DNA of 63,789 bases, filler included, from Octopus bimaculoides (taxonomy: Eukaryota): assembly GCF_001194135.2 (NCBI RefSeq). It is 7 parts of 7 records of this genome, joined end to end, with 100 filler letters (N's around TTAATTAATTAA, not from the genome) between each part and the next. Parts side by side here need not be neighbours in the genome. Positions count along the whole stretch, not along the records: positions 25,511 to 35,279 come from NC_068989.1; positions 35,380 to 41,297 come from NC_068985.1; 5 more parts are not named here. One strand, given 5' to 3'. The notes under the pieces were generated by a model. The model did not search any database. It was not told the DNA's origin and saw only the letters and a list, made by a program, of their open reading frames with translations. This document shows, in pieces, positions 25,979 to 36,955 of the stretch (positions are counted from its first letter, which is position 1; every line of letters starts with the position of its first letter). The translations under genes were made by a program, and so were the position numbers.

Positions 25979-26807
25979 ATATTTAGATATAACTGGGGTA
26001 CTTTTGTGTACTCATGATTCTTGCTTCTATTTTTTTTCATGGGTGCTTGTAAATATTTAATTTATTTCTGATCGTATTCCCTACTGAAGAGGGAAAAATC
26101 CGTTGGATTAATCCCGAAATTGATTCTGTTAGCTTGCCTTCCACAATTTCAGCACTACGTGCATTCATAGTGATGTATATTGTATGTGGTGATTGGCTAT
26201 TTAAAGTCTATTCTCAGCATATTGGCATAGAAATCTTTTTTCTTTTGCTATTGTTTATAATTGTTTATAATTTTCACCTTTAAAGGTATTTTAATATGCT
26301 GGTCACTTTGATGAAATTTTTGGAAAAAAGTTTTATCCTAAATTAGAAGTAAATTTATTACCATTCACTTCGGGACTGGTAACCACTCTAAGTTGTGGTT
26401 CGAGACCGATCATACGTGTGCTGAGGCTTGCTAAAGGATTTTATATTTAGATATCACTGGGGTACTTATGTGTACACATGACTCTTGCTTTTGCTTTTTT
26501 CCATGGGTGCTTGTAAGTATTTCATTTATTTCTTATCGTATTCTCTACTGAAGAGGGAAAAATCCGTTGGATTAATCCGGAAATTGATTCAATATAGAGA
26601 TAACACATTTAAAAAAAATTCTATTAGATTTCCTTCCTCGATTTCAGCACGATGTGTATTCATAGTGATGTATATTGCATGTGGTGATTGACTATTTAAA
26701 GTCTATTCTCAGCATATTGGCATAAAAATCTTTTTTCTTTTGCCATTGTTTATAATTGTTTATAATTTTCCCCTTCAAAGGTATTTTAACATGCTGGCCA
26801 CTTTGAT
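25979..26807 (+). repeat. Tandem direct repeat, period 464 bp, ORF-less, carrying a hammerhead motif
   Basis: 25979-26312 aligns to 26443-26807; copy 1 lacks 31 bp; copy 2 is cut by an N gap. Confidence 0.9.
26542..26600 (+). ncRNA. Type I hammerhead ribozyme candidate
   Basis: TCTCTA CTGAAGA GGGA-AA-AATCC-GTT-GGATT-AA-TCCG GAAA TTGA-T-TCAA TA TAGAGA. Stem I is 6 bp, the core is intact, and predicted cleavage is after A26594. G10.1-C11.1 is broken here but intact in copy 1 (TCCC GAAA, 26112-26119). Confidence 0.7.
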
Positions 26808-27023
26808 NNNNNNNNNNNNNGTTATATATATATGTTTTTATGTATGTGTTGTGTGGACGCCCCCAAGCGAAAGAGTAGGATCGCCCAAGACATATAAATA
26901 GAGGTAGTCTAGCCGTGGTAGAGTGGCTGAGTTACTGTTGGGTAGCAGTCCGTTAGCGGTTGAGTAAAGATCATCCGAAGGTGCTAGATAGCGGTAGCTT
27001 GAGACATAACAGTATGTATATGC

Positions 27024-27064
<41 letters not shown>

Positions 27065-27100
27065 CGTTTCTATATACATATATAAACTCAAACCCTAAAT

Positions 27101-28030
27101 GATGTCACCCAGGGAACTGTTCTGGGGCCATTAATGTCCATAATAGCCCTCTTAGACATGGCCACGGTCTCTCGTACTTCTACTATTACTAGCTATGCCG
27201 ATGATACAAAATTATCACAGGCAATAAAAAAACCAAGATAATGTTACAAGCTTACAGCGGGTCCTAAATTCAATATACAATATGCAATGACGCATTACTG
27301 TATATGCACATGAGCAAGATGGCAGCAAAGTGCAGACAACTGGCAGGATGGATACTGAGGTCCTTCAAGGCAAGAGACCAAAAAACTGTTTTGAACCTGT
27401 AGAGAACCTTTGTTCTCAGCCGCCTCGACTACTCTTCCAAGTTATGGTTGGCACATAGTGCCAAACTAACAATGGAGCTTGAAGCAGTTCAACCTTAATA
27501 CACTAAAAAGATTAAAACAGTGCAACGAATAAGCTACAGAGACAGGCTGAGAAATCAGCAGCTTTACTCCCTGAAGCGAAGGCGTGACAGATATACAATA
27601 ATATACATACGGAAAATCCTAGAAAGGCTAGTACCTAACTTTGGCATTGAGTGTTATACAAATGCCAGAAATGGCCGCCATTGTATTGTACCAAAGTTAC
27701 CATCCACTCCATCTAAATTCAAAACCAGGTACTGCAATAATCTAGGGCTGAAAGGCGCACACCTCATCAATGCCCTGTCACAAAGGTTTAGAAATATGCA
27801 TAAGGTGGAAATAGATGTCTTTAGAAAGGAACTAGACATCCTTCTCTCCACAATGCCGGATAAACCAAAAGCGCGACATGAGGTACAGACGAATGCAGCG
27901 GAGTCAAACTCCCTTATATACCAAATGTGCCAACAGCTGGGACAAATGCACATACTGGAGTGGCGATGTGAAACACCAGAAAGACATGGTGGTGCTCCAG
28001 CATGACCACGACCGCATGGGTGAAACGAGT
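27101..28030 (+). mobile_element. CR1-group LINE 3' remnant (RT motifs and C-terminus)
   Basis: DVTQGTVLGPL...ITSYADDTKL, LAGWILRSF...VLSRLDYSSKLW, LYSLKRRRDRYTIIYIRKILE; stops and an internal deletion. Confidence 0.88.
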
Positions 28031-28203
28031 AAACGAGTATGTTTATATATATATATTCATATACATATGTTTATATATATGTTTATGTTTATATATATGT
28101 TGATATATGTATATATATGTTTATATATATATATGTATATGTTGATATAACTATGTATATGTTTATATATATATGTGTGTGTTTATATATATATGTTTAT
28201 ATA

Positions 28204-28244
<41 letters not shown>

Positions 28245-28499
28245 NNNNNNNNNNNNNNNNNNNNNNNNNNNNNNNNNNNNNNNNNNNNNNNNNNNNNNNN
28301 NNNNNNNNNNNNNNNNNNNNNNNNNNNNNNNNNNNNNNNNNNNNNNNNNNNNNNNNNNNNNNNNNNNNNNNNNNNNNNNNNNNNNNNNNNNNNNNNNNNN
28401 NNNNNNNNNNNNNNNNNNNNNNNNNNNNNNNNNNNNNNNNNNNNNNNNNNTACATGGATAAAACATTTTGATGGAAATTCGCTGGTTTTCTTGAATTTC

Positions 28500-28680
28500 A
28501 AGCGCAGCGCAGTGCTATTCGGCAGCCATTTTGAATAATTACCGCAAGTTGGGCTGCGATTGGTCACGCGGTGTCGTGTTTTGATGTTGCTATATGGGTA
28601 ACAGATATTTGGAAAATAGCGCATGTCGAACAGGAAATTGACTACGTAGAGAACAGGAAATAAAGTAGAAGTCAATCTGG
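28500..28680. promoter_or_regulatory. Motif cluster: YY1-like, CCAAT box, two ETS-like sites
   Basis: CGGCAGCCATTTTG (~28520-28533), GATTGGTCACGCG (~28558-28570), and GAACAGGAAAT twice (~28629, ~28651). Lies downstream of the minus-strand PLE remnant. Confidence 0.35.
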
Positions 28681-29060
28681 TTGTTGCGAGGGAAGCAGGG
28701 AGGGCGGCATGTGTAAGTATACTGGTCTATATGTGAGTGTGTAGATGCGCTCACGTTGTTTTGTGTGCGTGTGTATAATGATGTAAGTGTACGCATCTGT
28801 ACATGTACGCGCACGCGCACGTTTGCACACACACGTCTGCACACACACACACACGCTCGGACCAACATGCACGTGATATACACGCAAATGTACTCATGCA
28901 CACACATGCTCACATACTCACACATGCATATTCATACATATATACATATGTATATTTGTATGCACGTACGCATGCATACCAGTGTGCGCGCACACATGTA
29001 TGTGCATGCACATGCGCATTCGCCCGCGTGCGTACGCAAGTGCACACGTGTAAAACAAGC

Positions 29061-29162
29061 GTTGGAGATTGGTAAGCTTTGGAAATTGGTAAGCGTTGAG
29101 AATTGGTAAGTGTTGGGGCTTGGTATGCATTGGGGGTTGGTAAACGTTAGGGATTGGTAAAT
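29061..29162. repeat. 17-bp minisatellite x6
   Basis: GTTGGAGATTGGTAAGC-like units starting at 29061, 29078, 29095, 29112, 29129 and 29146. Confidence 0.85.
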
Positions 29163-29249
29163 GACGGACCTGCTCATGGGGCTGGTTGGTAGTGATGACC
29201 TAGGTGCAGGTGGTGCAAAGTAACAATTGGTGCAAAGTAGCAGCTGGTG

Positions 29250-29850
29250 CTAAGGTGGTATATCTGGGTTGTCGGCAGTTAGAGTCCTGAAATTTGCCAG
29301 AAGTGCGTAACACTGATGACAGCAGTACGATAAGTCGTATTTCTGGTGGATACTGCAGGTCGTTGGAGGATGTACAGATTTTCATGGGAGCAGAGCTGGC
29401 AGTTTGGGGCGCCGGGTGAATATGATGGCGCTCTGTGGATAATAGTCCACTTGATGCTGGGTATTACTTCTTAGAGATCACAGAAGCTCCAGAAAAAACG
29501 AGACAGGAAAGTAGAGTTCTCTCTATCTCTGGATCTGAAAGAGTGCATATGCTGTCAGTATCTTCCCTTGAAGTCTTTAGCTGTCATATCCGTATAGTGC
29601 GTAGTAATACCATCGGATGGTGTAAGGGTGGTTCTGTATACTACGGCCCTTGGTAGTCAAGATCCTTCTAGAGGACACATGGTTTCGGCAGTTGTACGTT
29701 GGGATTGGGGTTAGTGTGGGCACATTTTTACGTCTATTGATGCGTGTGAAGTTACATGCGATGTTGTCTAAATAGGAGTAGCTTATGTTGACATTATGGT
29801 GGTTGGAGAGTTTATAATACTTATGGCCTGTGGGGAAGTGTTTCTTAATT
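29250..29850 (-). mobile_element. Penelope-like element remnant (GIY-YIG endonuclease region)
   Basis: [13 protein letters not shown]...NISYSY, YNCRNH.CPLEG, VVYR, FKGRY*QHMHSFR...NSTFLS, IKWTIIHRAPSY...CQLCSHE; frameshifted. Confidence 0.82.
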
Positions 29851-30040
29851 ATATATGTATATATATATATGTATATATATATGCGTATATATATGTATAT
29901 ATATGTATATATATGTATATATATGTATATATATGTGTATATGTATGTATATATATGTTAAATATATATATGTATATATATCTATATATATATTATACAT
30001 ATATAAACATATATATGTATATATGTTTATATATATACAG

Positions 30041-30089
<49 letters not shown>

Positions 30090-30274
30090 TATATACACAC
30101 ACGCACATGTACATAGACACAGTGCTTACGTAACTCCCGTAATTCGTTAATTGATATTACGCTCTGTACTAACATGATAGTTTACTATAAAGTCGAAGTA
30201 AATACCTAGTTATATTAGCTGAAGCTGAATCATAACAGAATCCTACAATATGAATATATATGTTCTACCTTTTA

Positions 30275-30480
30275 TCTTTTACTTGTTTCAGTCATTTGAC
30301 TGCGGCTAGGCTGTGACACTGCCTTGAAGAATTTTCTTTTAGTCGAATGAATCGATCACAGTACTTATTTTCGTTACGCTTGGTACCTATTCTACCGGTA
30401 CCTTTTGCCGAACCGATGATTTGCTGAAACATAAACACACTAAAACCGTTTATCAAGCGGTGGTGCGGGACAAACACAGT
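30275..30480 (-). mobile_element. SINE family A tail fragment
   Basis: CTTTTACTTGTTTCAGTCATTTGACTGCGG...TTTTGCCGAACCG...GGGACAAACACA. Confidence 0.75.
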
Positions 30481-30789
30481 ACAGCATGTCGTTTCCATAC
30501 TTCTGGCACTGTGAATTGCGTTATGGTGCTGTTTTTCTCAGACGGTGCCCATCAGACCCTACTATACTGTGTAGTCGTCAGAATAAAAAAAATGTTCATG
30601 CATGAAAAAAAATAAATAAATAAAATGGTGACAATTTACCCATCGCACCCTGTATATGTGTGTGTATGTGTGCGTGCGTGTGTGCATGCGTGTGAATATG
30701 TGTGCGTATCTGTATACATTTACTTTTATTGGTTTAATACAGACACTGAGGCACCACCTTGAGTGCCATAGCTTTTTTATTTCACATTT

Positions 30790-31070
30790 ATCTTTCTCCC
30801 CGGAATTATTTTACGTGAAGTAGCGAGTTGGACAGAGCTGCACTTCTTTGTGTAATCTGTTATCCCAGATGTGTTCTTTGAAATCGCTCACAGCTACACC
30901 TCGTCGATCTCTGAGTTTGACTAGCAGAGTGTCGAAAAGTTGTAAGCCCATGAAATCTAATCTATTACAGTACTTCACCCTAATACTTGAAGGAGAGGAA
31001 AGGATCTTTGGTACTAGATAGTGGCGTCTAGTTAGATGGTTGGTATAGCTAGACCTTCCAGAACTTTCCA
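30790..31070 (-). mobile_element. CR1-group LINE 3' fragment
   Basis: RHYLVPKILSSPSSIRVKYCNRLDFMGLQLFDTLLVKLRD..GVAVSDFK parallels RHCIVPKLPSTPSKFKTRYCNNLGLKGAHLINAL...EIDVFR at 27.7 kb. Confidence 0.7.
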
Positions 31071-31293
31071 TTTACTTTATACACGCACACACACATATTT
31101 ATATATGTATATCCGTATAAATGTATGTATGCATGTATGTATGTCTGTCTGTATGTCTGTATGTGTGTATGTATGTATGTATGGATGGATGGATAGATGG
31201 ATGGATGGATGGATGGATGGATGTACATGTCTCTCTCTGTATGCGCGCAGACATAAACATGCATATATATATGCATACATATATACATATATA

Positions 31294-31471
31294 GTAAAGA
31301 TTATTTGCCAACATAAAGTGGCAGTCGAATGCTGAGTGGCGATGCTAAACTCCCTAGTTCGAAAATATAAGGACCAGATAGTGTGCCGTACAGCCAGCTG
31401 GAGTCGATGTTTCCTGGGATTAAATAACAGTCACATTCGGCTGCCACGTTATGTTGGCAAATAATCTTTAC
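31294..31471. mobile_element. 178-bp MITE with ~40-bp terminal inverted repeats
   Basis: GTAAAGATTATTTGCCAACATAAAGTGGCAGTCGAATG versus CATTCGGCTGCCACGTTATGTTGGCAAATAATCTTTAC (2 mismatches). Confidence 0.8.
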
Positions 31472-32139
31472 TCTAGAGTACTGTTACTGAATGTCTCTCG
31501 TTGAGACATTTACAAATAGATTTACAAATGTATGTATATTTACGCGCGCGCGCACGTGCGTGTGTATGTGTGTGTGTGTGTGTAACATGTGATGTCATCC
31601 AACTTCTATGGTGTAGCTAAAGTTTATCAGCAAGTATAGAGCGGGAAGTAAACACTAGCTCTAAACTTTAGTCCAGGACCACGTTAAGTGGTACAGATAT
31701 GGAATATATTCACTAAAGAGAGATTTTATTAGTCGTTTTCTGTCCCTAAACTGACCTCTTACATCCAAATTTGCTCTAAAAGTGGGGTTACTTTTTCTTT
31801 GTCCTTATTTAGTATGCTTTTGAAATGAAATGCTGCGACCCTCAACATTGCATTTAGCTTAGACTAAACGCTCAACTAAGCGTTTAATCTTAGCTGTTAA
31901 ATAACCCGAGCAGTTATGCTAATAGGTTTATAATATGATCTATAGCTGGATATAAGAGCTGTATGTTCCGCATCATTTTCACCAATGATGTTGTGAGTAT
32001 TTTCGAGAAACTTCGTCAATAGGGACATCAAGAGATTTAATTCATTGCGTCGATTAAAAAAACTAAGCAAATCTGAATATTGCAAACTGTATACATAAGC
32101 TAAATGCAGTATACATAGCATAGATATACATTCATACAT

Positions 32140-32204
<65 letters not shown>

Positions 32205-32539
32205 NNNNNNNNNNNNNNNNNNNNNNNNNNNNNNNNNNNNNNNNNNNNNNNNNNNNNNNNNNNNNNNNNNNNNNNNNNNNNNNNNNNNNNNNNNNNNNNN
32301 NNNNNNNNNNNNNNNNNNNNNNNNNNNNNNNNNNNNNNNNNNNNNNNNNNNNNNNNNNNNNNNNNNNNNNNNNNNNNNNNNNNNNNNNNNNNNNNNNNNN
32401 NNNNNNNNNNNNNNNNNNNNNNNNNNNNNNNNNNNNNNNNNNNNNNNNNNNNNNNNNNNNNNNNNNNNNNNNNNNNNNNNNATATATATATATATATATA
32501 TATATATAAATTTTCAGAATGAGATAAAAATCCAAGGCT

Positions 32540-35260
32540 GTGAAAGATTTTAGAACATTTACAAATAGGTCTTACAGCTGTTTCCGGGGTATTTGATATA
32601 TCCCTTCATCGGAGACGGTGTGAGAATATGGTTAAGCAATAGTTGAGTGAAGTGGAGGAATGAAAATAGACGTGCGATATGCAGGGGCATTGCATCTGTA
32701 GATTCATTATTTAGGCAGAATGGTATACATATAAGATTCCATTATCTTGTGAGTAAGTTCCAATAGTATTTAAAATTGGTCATCCAAAGTATAGAATTTA
32801 TACACGGTTTTACTTATTCGAGGGTTTCATTTAAAGTGACTTAAAATTTGGGAATGTATTTGTTAGGTCAAATCGAAAACAGGAAGGGAGGAATAAAGAA
32901 AAGAAAAGAGATAAAAAGAAAAGCGGGGAGAGAGATAATAAAGAGATGACGAGAGGGAAAGTGTACTGGTTAGTGGTCAGTCAAGATAAATTGATATAAG
33001 GAATGGGGAGGTGAGGGTGATAGAGAGAGAAAGATATGATAGTCTAAAAAAATGATAGGGTAAAGAGTAAAGGAGTGCCAGATAGAAGGTTTGAGGTGGA
33101 GTGATGGGTATTAGAGCGAGAAAGGTATGAGAGTGTAAAGAGTAAAGGAGTGTCAGGTATGTAGTGATAGAGCCTAAGTGAGGGGCAGAGAGAAGGGGTA
33201 GGGGTAGTAAAATGGTGGAATGAAGAAGTTGGGAATATAGGTTAGGGTGGTTAGAGAACAGGTGAGTGCTTAGTAGTAGAAGAATATATATATGTGAAGA
33301 TATATACACGTGCATACATTAAACGTGTATATAGATATTTATACATATCAACACCTACACATACAACACGTACTCATATGTATATGTACATACGTGTATC
33401 TGTATATATTATCGCCCCTGCACACGCAGGTATATATACCTTGCATATATACATACACACACGCATATAATTATGCAAGCATATACATACGAATATAATT
33501 AAATGGTTGTGATATTCGAGTATGAAAGAGGAATTAGATAGGGATTAGGAGTTAACATGTAGATTTATAAAGTTATTGGGTTTACCTAAGGGGTATTGTG
33601 GAATTATACTGTATGGCCATTTAGGCATTTGGATTTGTGGTAGAATTTGAATGTGTGAAAAAAGCGGTGGTTTCATGTACTTAGTGCCTCATTATGTTTA
33701 TTTAGCATTGTTGGAGAGTTGTGCTTTAATATGTGAAGTACCTCCTTCAGGCAAAGCTTGCAGGTTGAGCATTGACCTCGGTAAGGAAGCCCTGAATCCA
33801 GTATGGACCATAATAGAGTATAGGGTATATTTGTATTTTTGAGATGATGTATGTGGTTGGCGAGTGTTTTAGATTTACTATGTTTATCGTATCTAAAAGA
33901 ATAGAGGTGAGCGGCATATCGTTGCTTAAATTTTTTGGTTGATCCAATGTATATGGCTGTAGAGTTGTGTAATAGATTAAGGACAGTGCTATTGCAAATT
34001 ACATTGTATCTTCTGCAATGGGTTTGTAACGGACAGATGGTTCCAGGACGGCAGTTACAATTAGGTGAATTTTGGGGATTGTGTTTAGGAATGGAGGAGG
34101 TAATATTGTCAGAGGAGAGGTTAGAGAAGGGGGTAGAAATTCTAGATTATTAGTATTATTAACGTTATCTTTACCATCATTGTTATTATTTCTATTGTTG
34201 TTTTTAATTGTACTATTTGTAAGAGTGGTAGAGATTGTGGTGGTGTTCCGGGCAGTGTCAATAGGATGGGTTGGGTTGTGGTTGTGGTCTAATGTAAGGG
34301 TATATGTGCTGGAGCTGTGTGTATGTTGAGAGTTCGTAAGACTAGAGTTATAATTATGTGAGTTTTGATAGTAAAGAGAAAGCTTTTGCTTATTAGAGGC
34401 TGGTAAAATAGATTCGAAGTTGGGTGGGGCAGAATAAGATAGTTTCAGGGTGGATCTATTAAAGATAGAATGTTCTTTATGTTGCTGAGAGAAGTTAGAG
34501 TCTAGTATTTTAAAGAAGTATTTAGCTAAGTTCTTAACGTTAAGTGGAAATGGGGGTGTGTACCACAGAATAGAAAGTCCGCCGCTTTTTTAGGGTGTCT
34601 GGGAGTAGTGCTAAGTTTTTAGATAAAGGAGTGCTATCTATATTTTTGGTGAATGTATGTGGGTGGCGAGGCCTGTTGTTGTTGTTAGCTATTTTAGTTG
34701 TTTTAGTTTTTGACCTAGTGTTAAATGTATGTGTGTGGAGCCTAGGTTGCCTAGGTGTAAGACCTTCCAGGGTTCCAGTGACGAGTGTGTGTGGTTGGTT
34801 GCGATTGTGATGGTTGGTGCGTGTTTGAGATGTCATTTGAGATATATATTGTTTGAGCCTGGCGTTATGGATGTATTGTATTTGTTGGGAAAAGCCGCTA
34901 GCGGCGAGTGCTTCATTGTAATATCGTGCGTTATTATTGAAAATTTCCTCAGTGGAAGAGAGGTCGGATATGCGGGTTGAGATGCCCTTGATTATGTTAT
35001 CGAAAGTGGATTTGTGGTGATTGGAGTGGATGTTAAGATATTTAAGATACTGGTTAGGTTTGTGGTAAGAGGAGTATTGGGAGGTTGATAAGTTTAGACT
35101 TACGTCAAGAAAGTTAGCAGTTTTGTGAGCGTTTTCAAATGTGGTAGACAGGTTTAGGTTAGAGAAGAATTTATGTAGATCTTTCTAGTTCTTTCTAAGG
35201 GGGATTTATTTATGCTTTTAGTAACTAGTAAGGCGTCATCCCTGTATATATATATATATA
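32540..35260 (-). mobile_element. 5'-truncated Penelope-like element (RT C-half + GIY-YIG endonuclease + long 3' tail)
   Basis: YRDDALL, NFLDVSLNL...YLNIHSNH...IKGISTRISDLSS.EEIF, LWYTPPFPLN...IFNRSTLKLSYS, CNCRPGTICPL...IYIGSTKKFKQRYAAHLYSFR...CKLCLKE; several frameshifts. Confidence 0.9.
32569..32616 (-). ncRNA. Hammerhead-like motif at the PLE 3' end
   Basis: Minus strand: GTCT CCGATGA A GGGATAT-ATCAA-ATACCCC G GAAA CAGCTG TA AGAC. Stem III ACAGCTGT is palindromic and stem I pairs GTCT/AGAC; U4 is C. Confidence 0.55.
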
Positions 35261-35279
35261 CAGGGATGACGCCTTACTA
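35226..35279. repeat. Perfect 54-bp palindrome centred on (TA)8
   Basis: TAGTAAGGCGTCATCCCTG (TA)8 CAGGGATGACGCCTTACTA, ending at a contig edge. Confidence 0.9.
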
Positions 35280-35379
35280 NNNNNNNNNNNNNNNNNNNNN
35301 NNNNNNNNNNNNNNNNNNNNNNNTTAATTAATTAANNNNNNNNNNNNNNNNNNNNNNNNNNNNNNNNNNNNNNNNNNNN
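35280..35379. other. Artificial scaffold spacer
   Basis: 44 N + TTAATTAATTAA (35324-35335) + 44 N. Confidence 0.92.
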
Positions 35380-35431
35380 TTAACTTCCCAAGCTAACCTG
35401 TCATATCTCTCGACTTTTCTTTCTATTATTA

Positions 35432-35483
<52 letters not shown>

Positions 35484-35497
35484 ATTATTATTATTAT

Positions 35498-36135
35498 ATG
35501 GCGGAGAGCCGGCAGAATCGTTAGCACGCCGGGAAAAATGCTTAGCAGTATTTCTTCCGTCTTTACGTTCCGAGTTCAAATTCTGCCAAGGTCAATAAAT
35601 TAAGTATCAGTTACGCACTGGGGTCGATGTAATCGACTACTCCCCTCCCCGCAAACCTCAGGACATTGTGTCTTTATTAGAAAGGATTATTATCATATAA
35701 GGCAGAGAGCTGGCAGAGTCGTTAGCGCACCTGACAAAATGTTTAGCTGCATATTTTCTGGCTAAACGTTCTGAGTTCAAATTTGGCCAAGGTCTATTTT
35801 GTTTTCCAACCCTTTCGGGGTCGAAGAAAAAAGTAGCATTCGAGCATTGGAAATGTTGCAATCGACTACTACTCTCTACCAAATTTCAGGCCTTGTGCCT
35901 TTAATAAAAATTATTATTATCATAATCCTTTTTATTATAGGCACAAGGCCTGAAATTTCGTGGAGGGGAGAAAGTCGATTACATCGACTCCAGTATTCAA
36001 CTGGTACTTAATTTATCGACCCCGAAAGGATGAAAGGCAAAGTCGACCTCGGCAGAATTTGAACTCAGAACGTAGCGACAGGCGAAATACTGCTAAGCAT
36101 TTCGTCCACCGTGTTAACGATTCCGACCGCTCGCC
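35498..36135. mobile_element. Three SINE family B copies: + (35498-35690), + (35700-35915), - (35938-36135)
   Basis: Family B head and body motifs, separated by ATT-rich tails. Confidence 0.88.
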
Positions 36136-36178
<43 letters not shown>

Positions 36179-36278
36179 NNNNNNNNNNNNNNNNNNNNNN
36201 NNNNNNNNNNNNNNNNNNNNNNNNNNNNNNNNNNNNNNNNNNNNNNNNNNNNNNNNNNNNNNNNNNNNNNNNNNNNNN

Positions 36279-36839
36279 GGTGCTGGTGGTGGTGACGGCG
36301 ACGATATCGAGGATGATGGTGTTCGTGGTGGTAATAGTGGTGATGGTAGTAGTGCTGGTGGTAGTAGTGCTGGTGGTGAGGTGATTTTGGTAGTGGTGAT
36401 GCTGATGATGATGATCATGACGATGGTGATGTGGAAGAGGTGGAGGAGGAAGAGGCGGTGCAGCAACAGCAGCAGCAGGATGACAATGAAGGTGATGATG
36501 ATGATGATGATGAAGATGAGGCTGATGAGGATGATGATGATGACGATTATAAAGATGAGGACGATGGTGGTAGTCATGATGGTGGCGGTAGTGTTGGTGG
36601 TGGGGGTGAGCTGGAAGTAGAGGACGACGACAAGAAGAAGAAGAAGAAGATGAAGAAGAAGAAGAAGAAGAAGAAAGAGAAGAAGAAGAANNNNNNNNNN
36701 GATGAAGAAGAAGAAGAAGAAGAAGAAAGAGAAGAAGAAGAAGGAGGAGGAGGAGGAGGAGGAGAAAGAGATGATGTCAGATGATGTTGGTGGTTTTAAT
36801 GGTAATGACGATGATGAGATGAGGACGAGTAGGAGGAGC

Positions 36840-36881
<42 letters not shown>

Positions 36882-36912
36882 GTCATGATGGTCATGATGA
36901 TTATGATGATAA

Positions 36913-36945
<33 letters not shown>

Positions 36946-36955
36946 ATTTGACTGT
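36279..36955. repeat. Trinucleotide low-complexity block (GGT/GAT/GAG/AAG/CAG)
   Basis: Mixed triplet runs; all translated frames give only homopolymeric peptides. Confidence 0.9.

Noticed and set aside
26850-27010. TATAAATAG-containing segment resembling a solo LTR
   Set aside because: No clear TG...CA boundaries, target duplication or second copy.
36279-36955. Acidic/Gly/Lys-rich peptide resembling a disordered protein exon
   Set aside because: Pure triplet-repeat mosaic with internal gaps, no splice or homology support.
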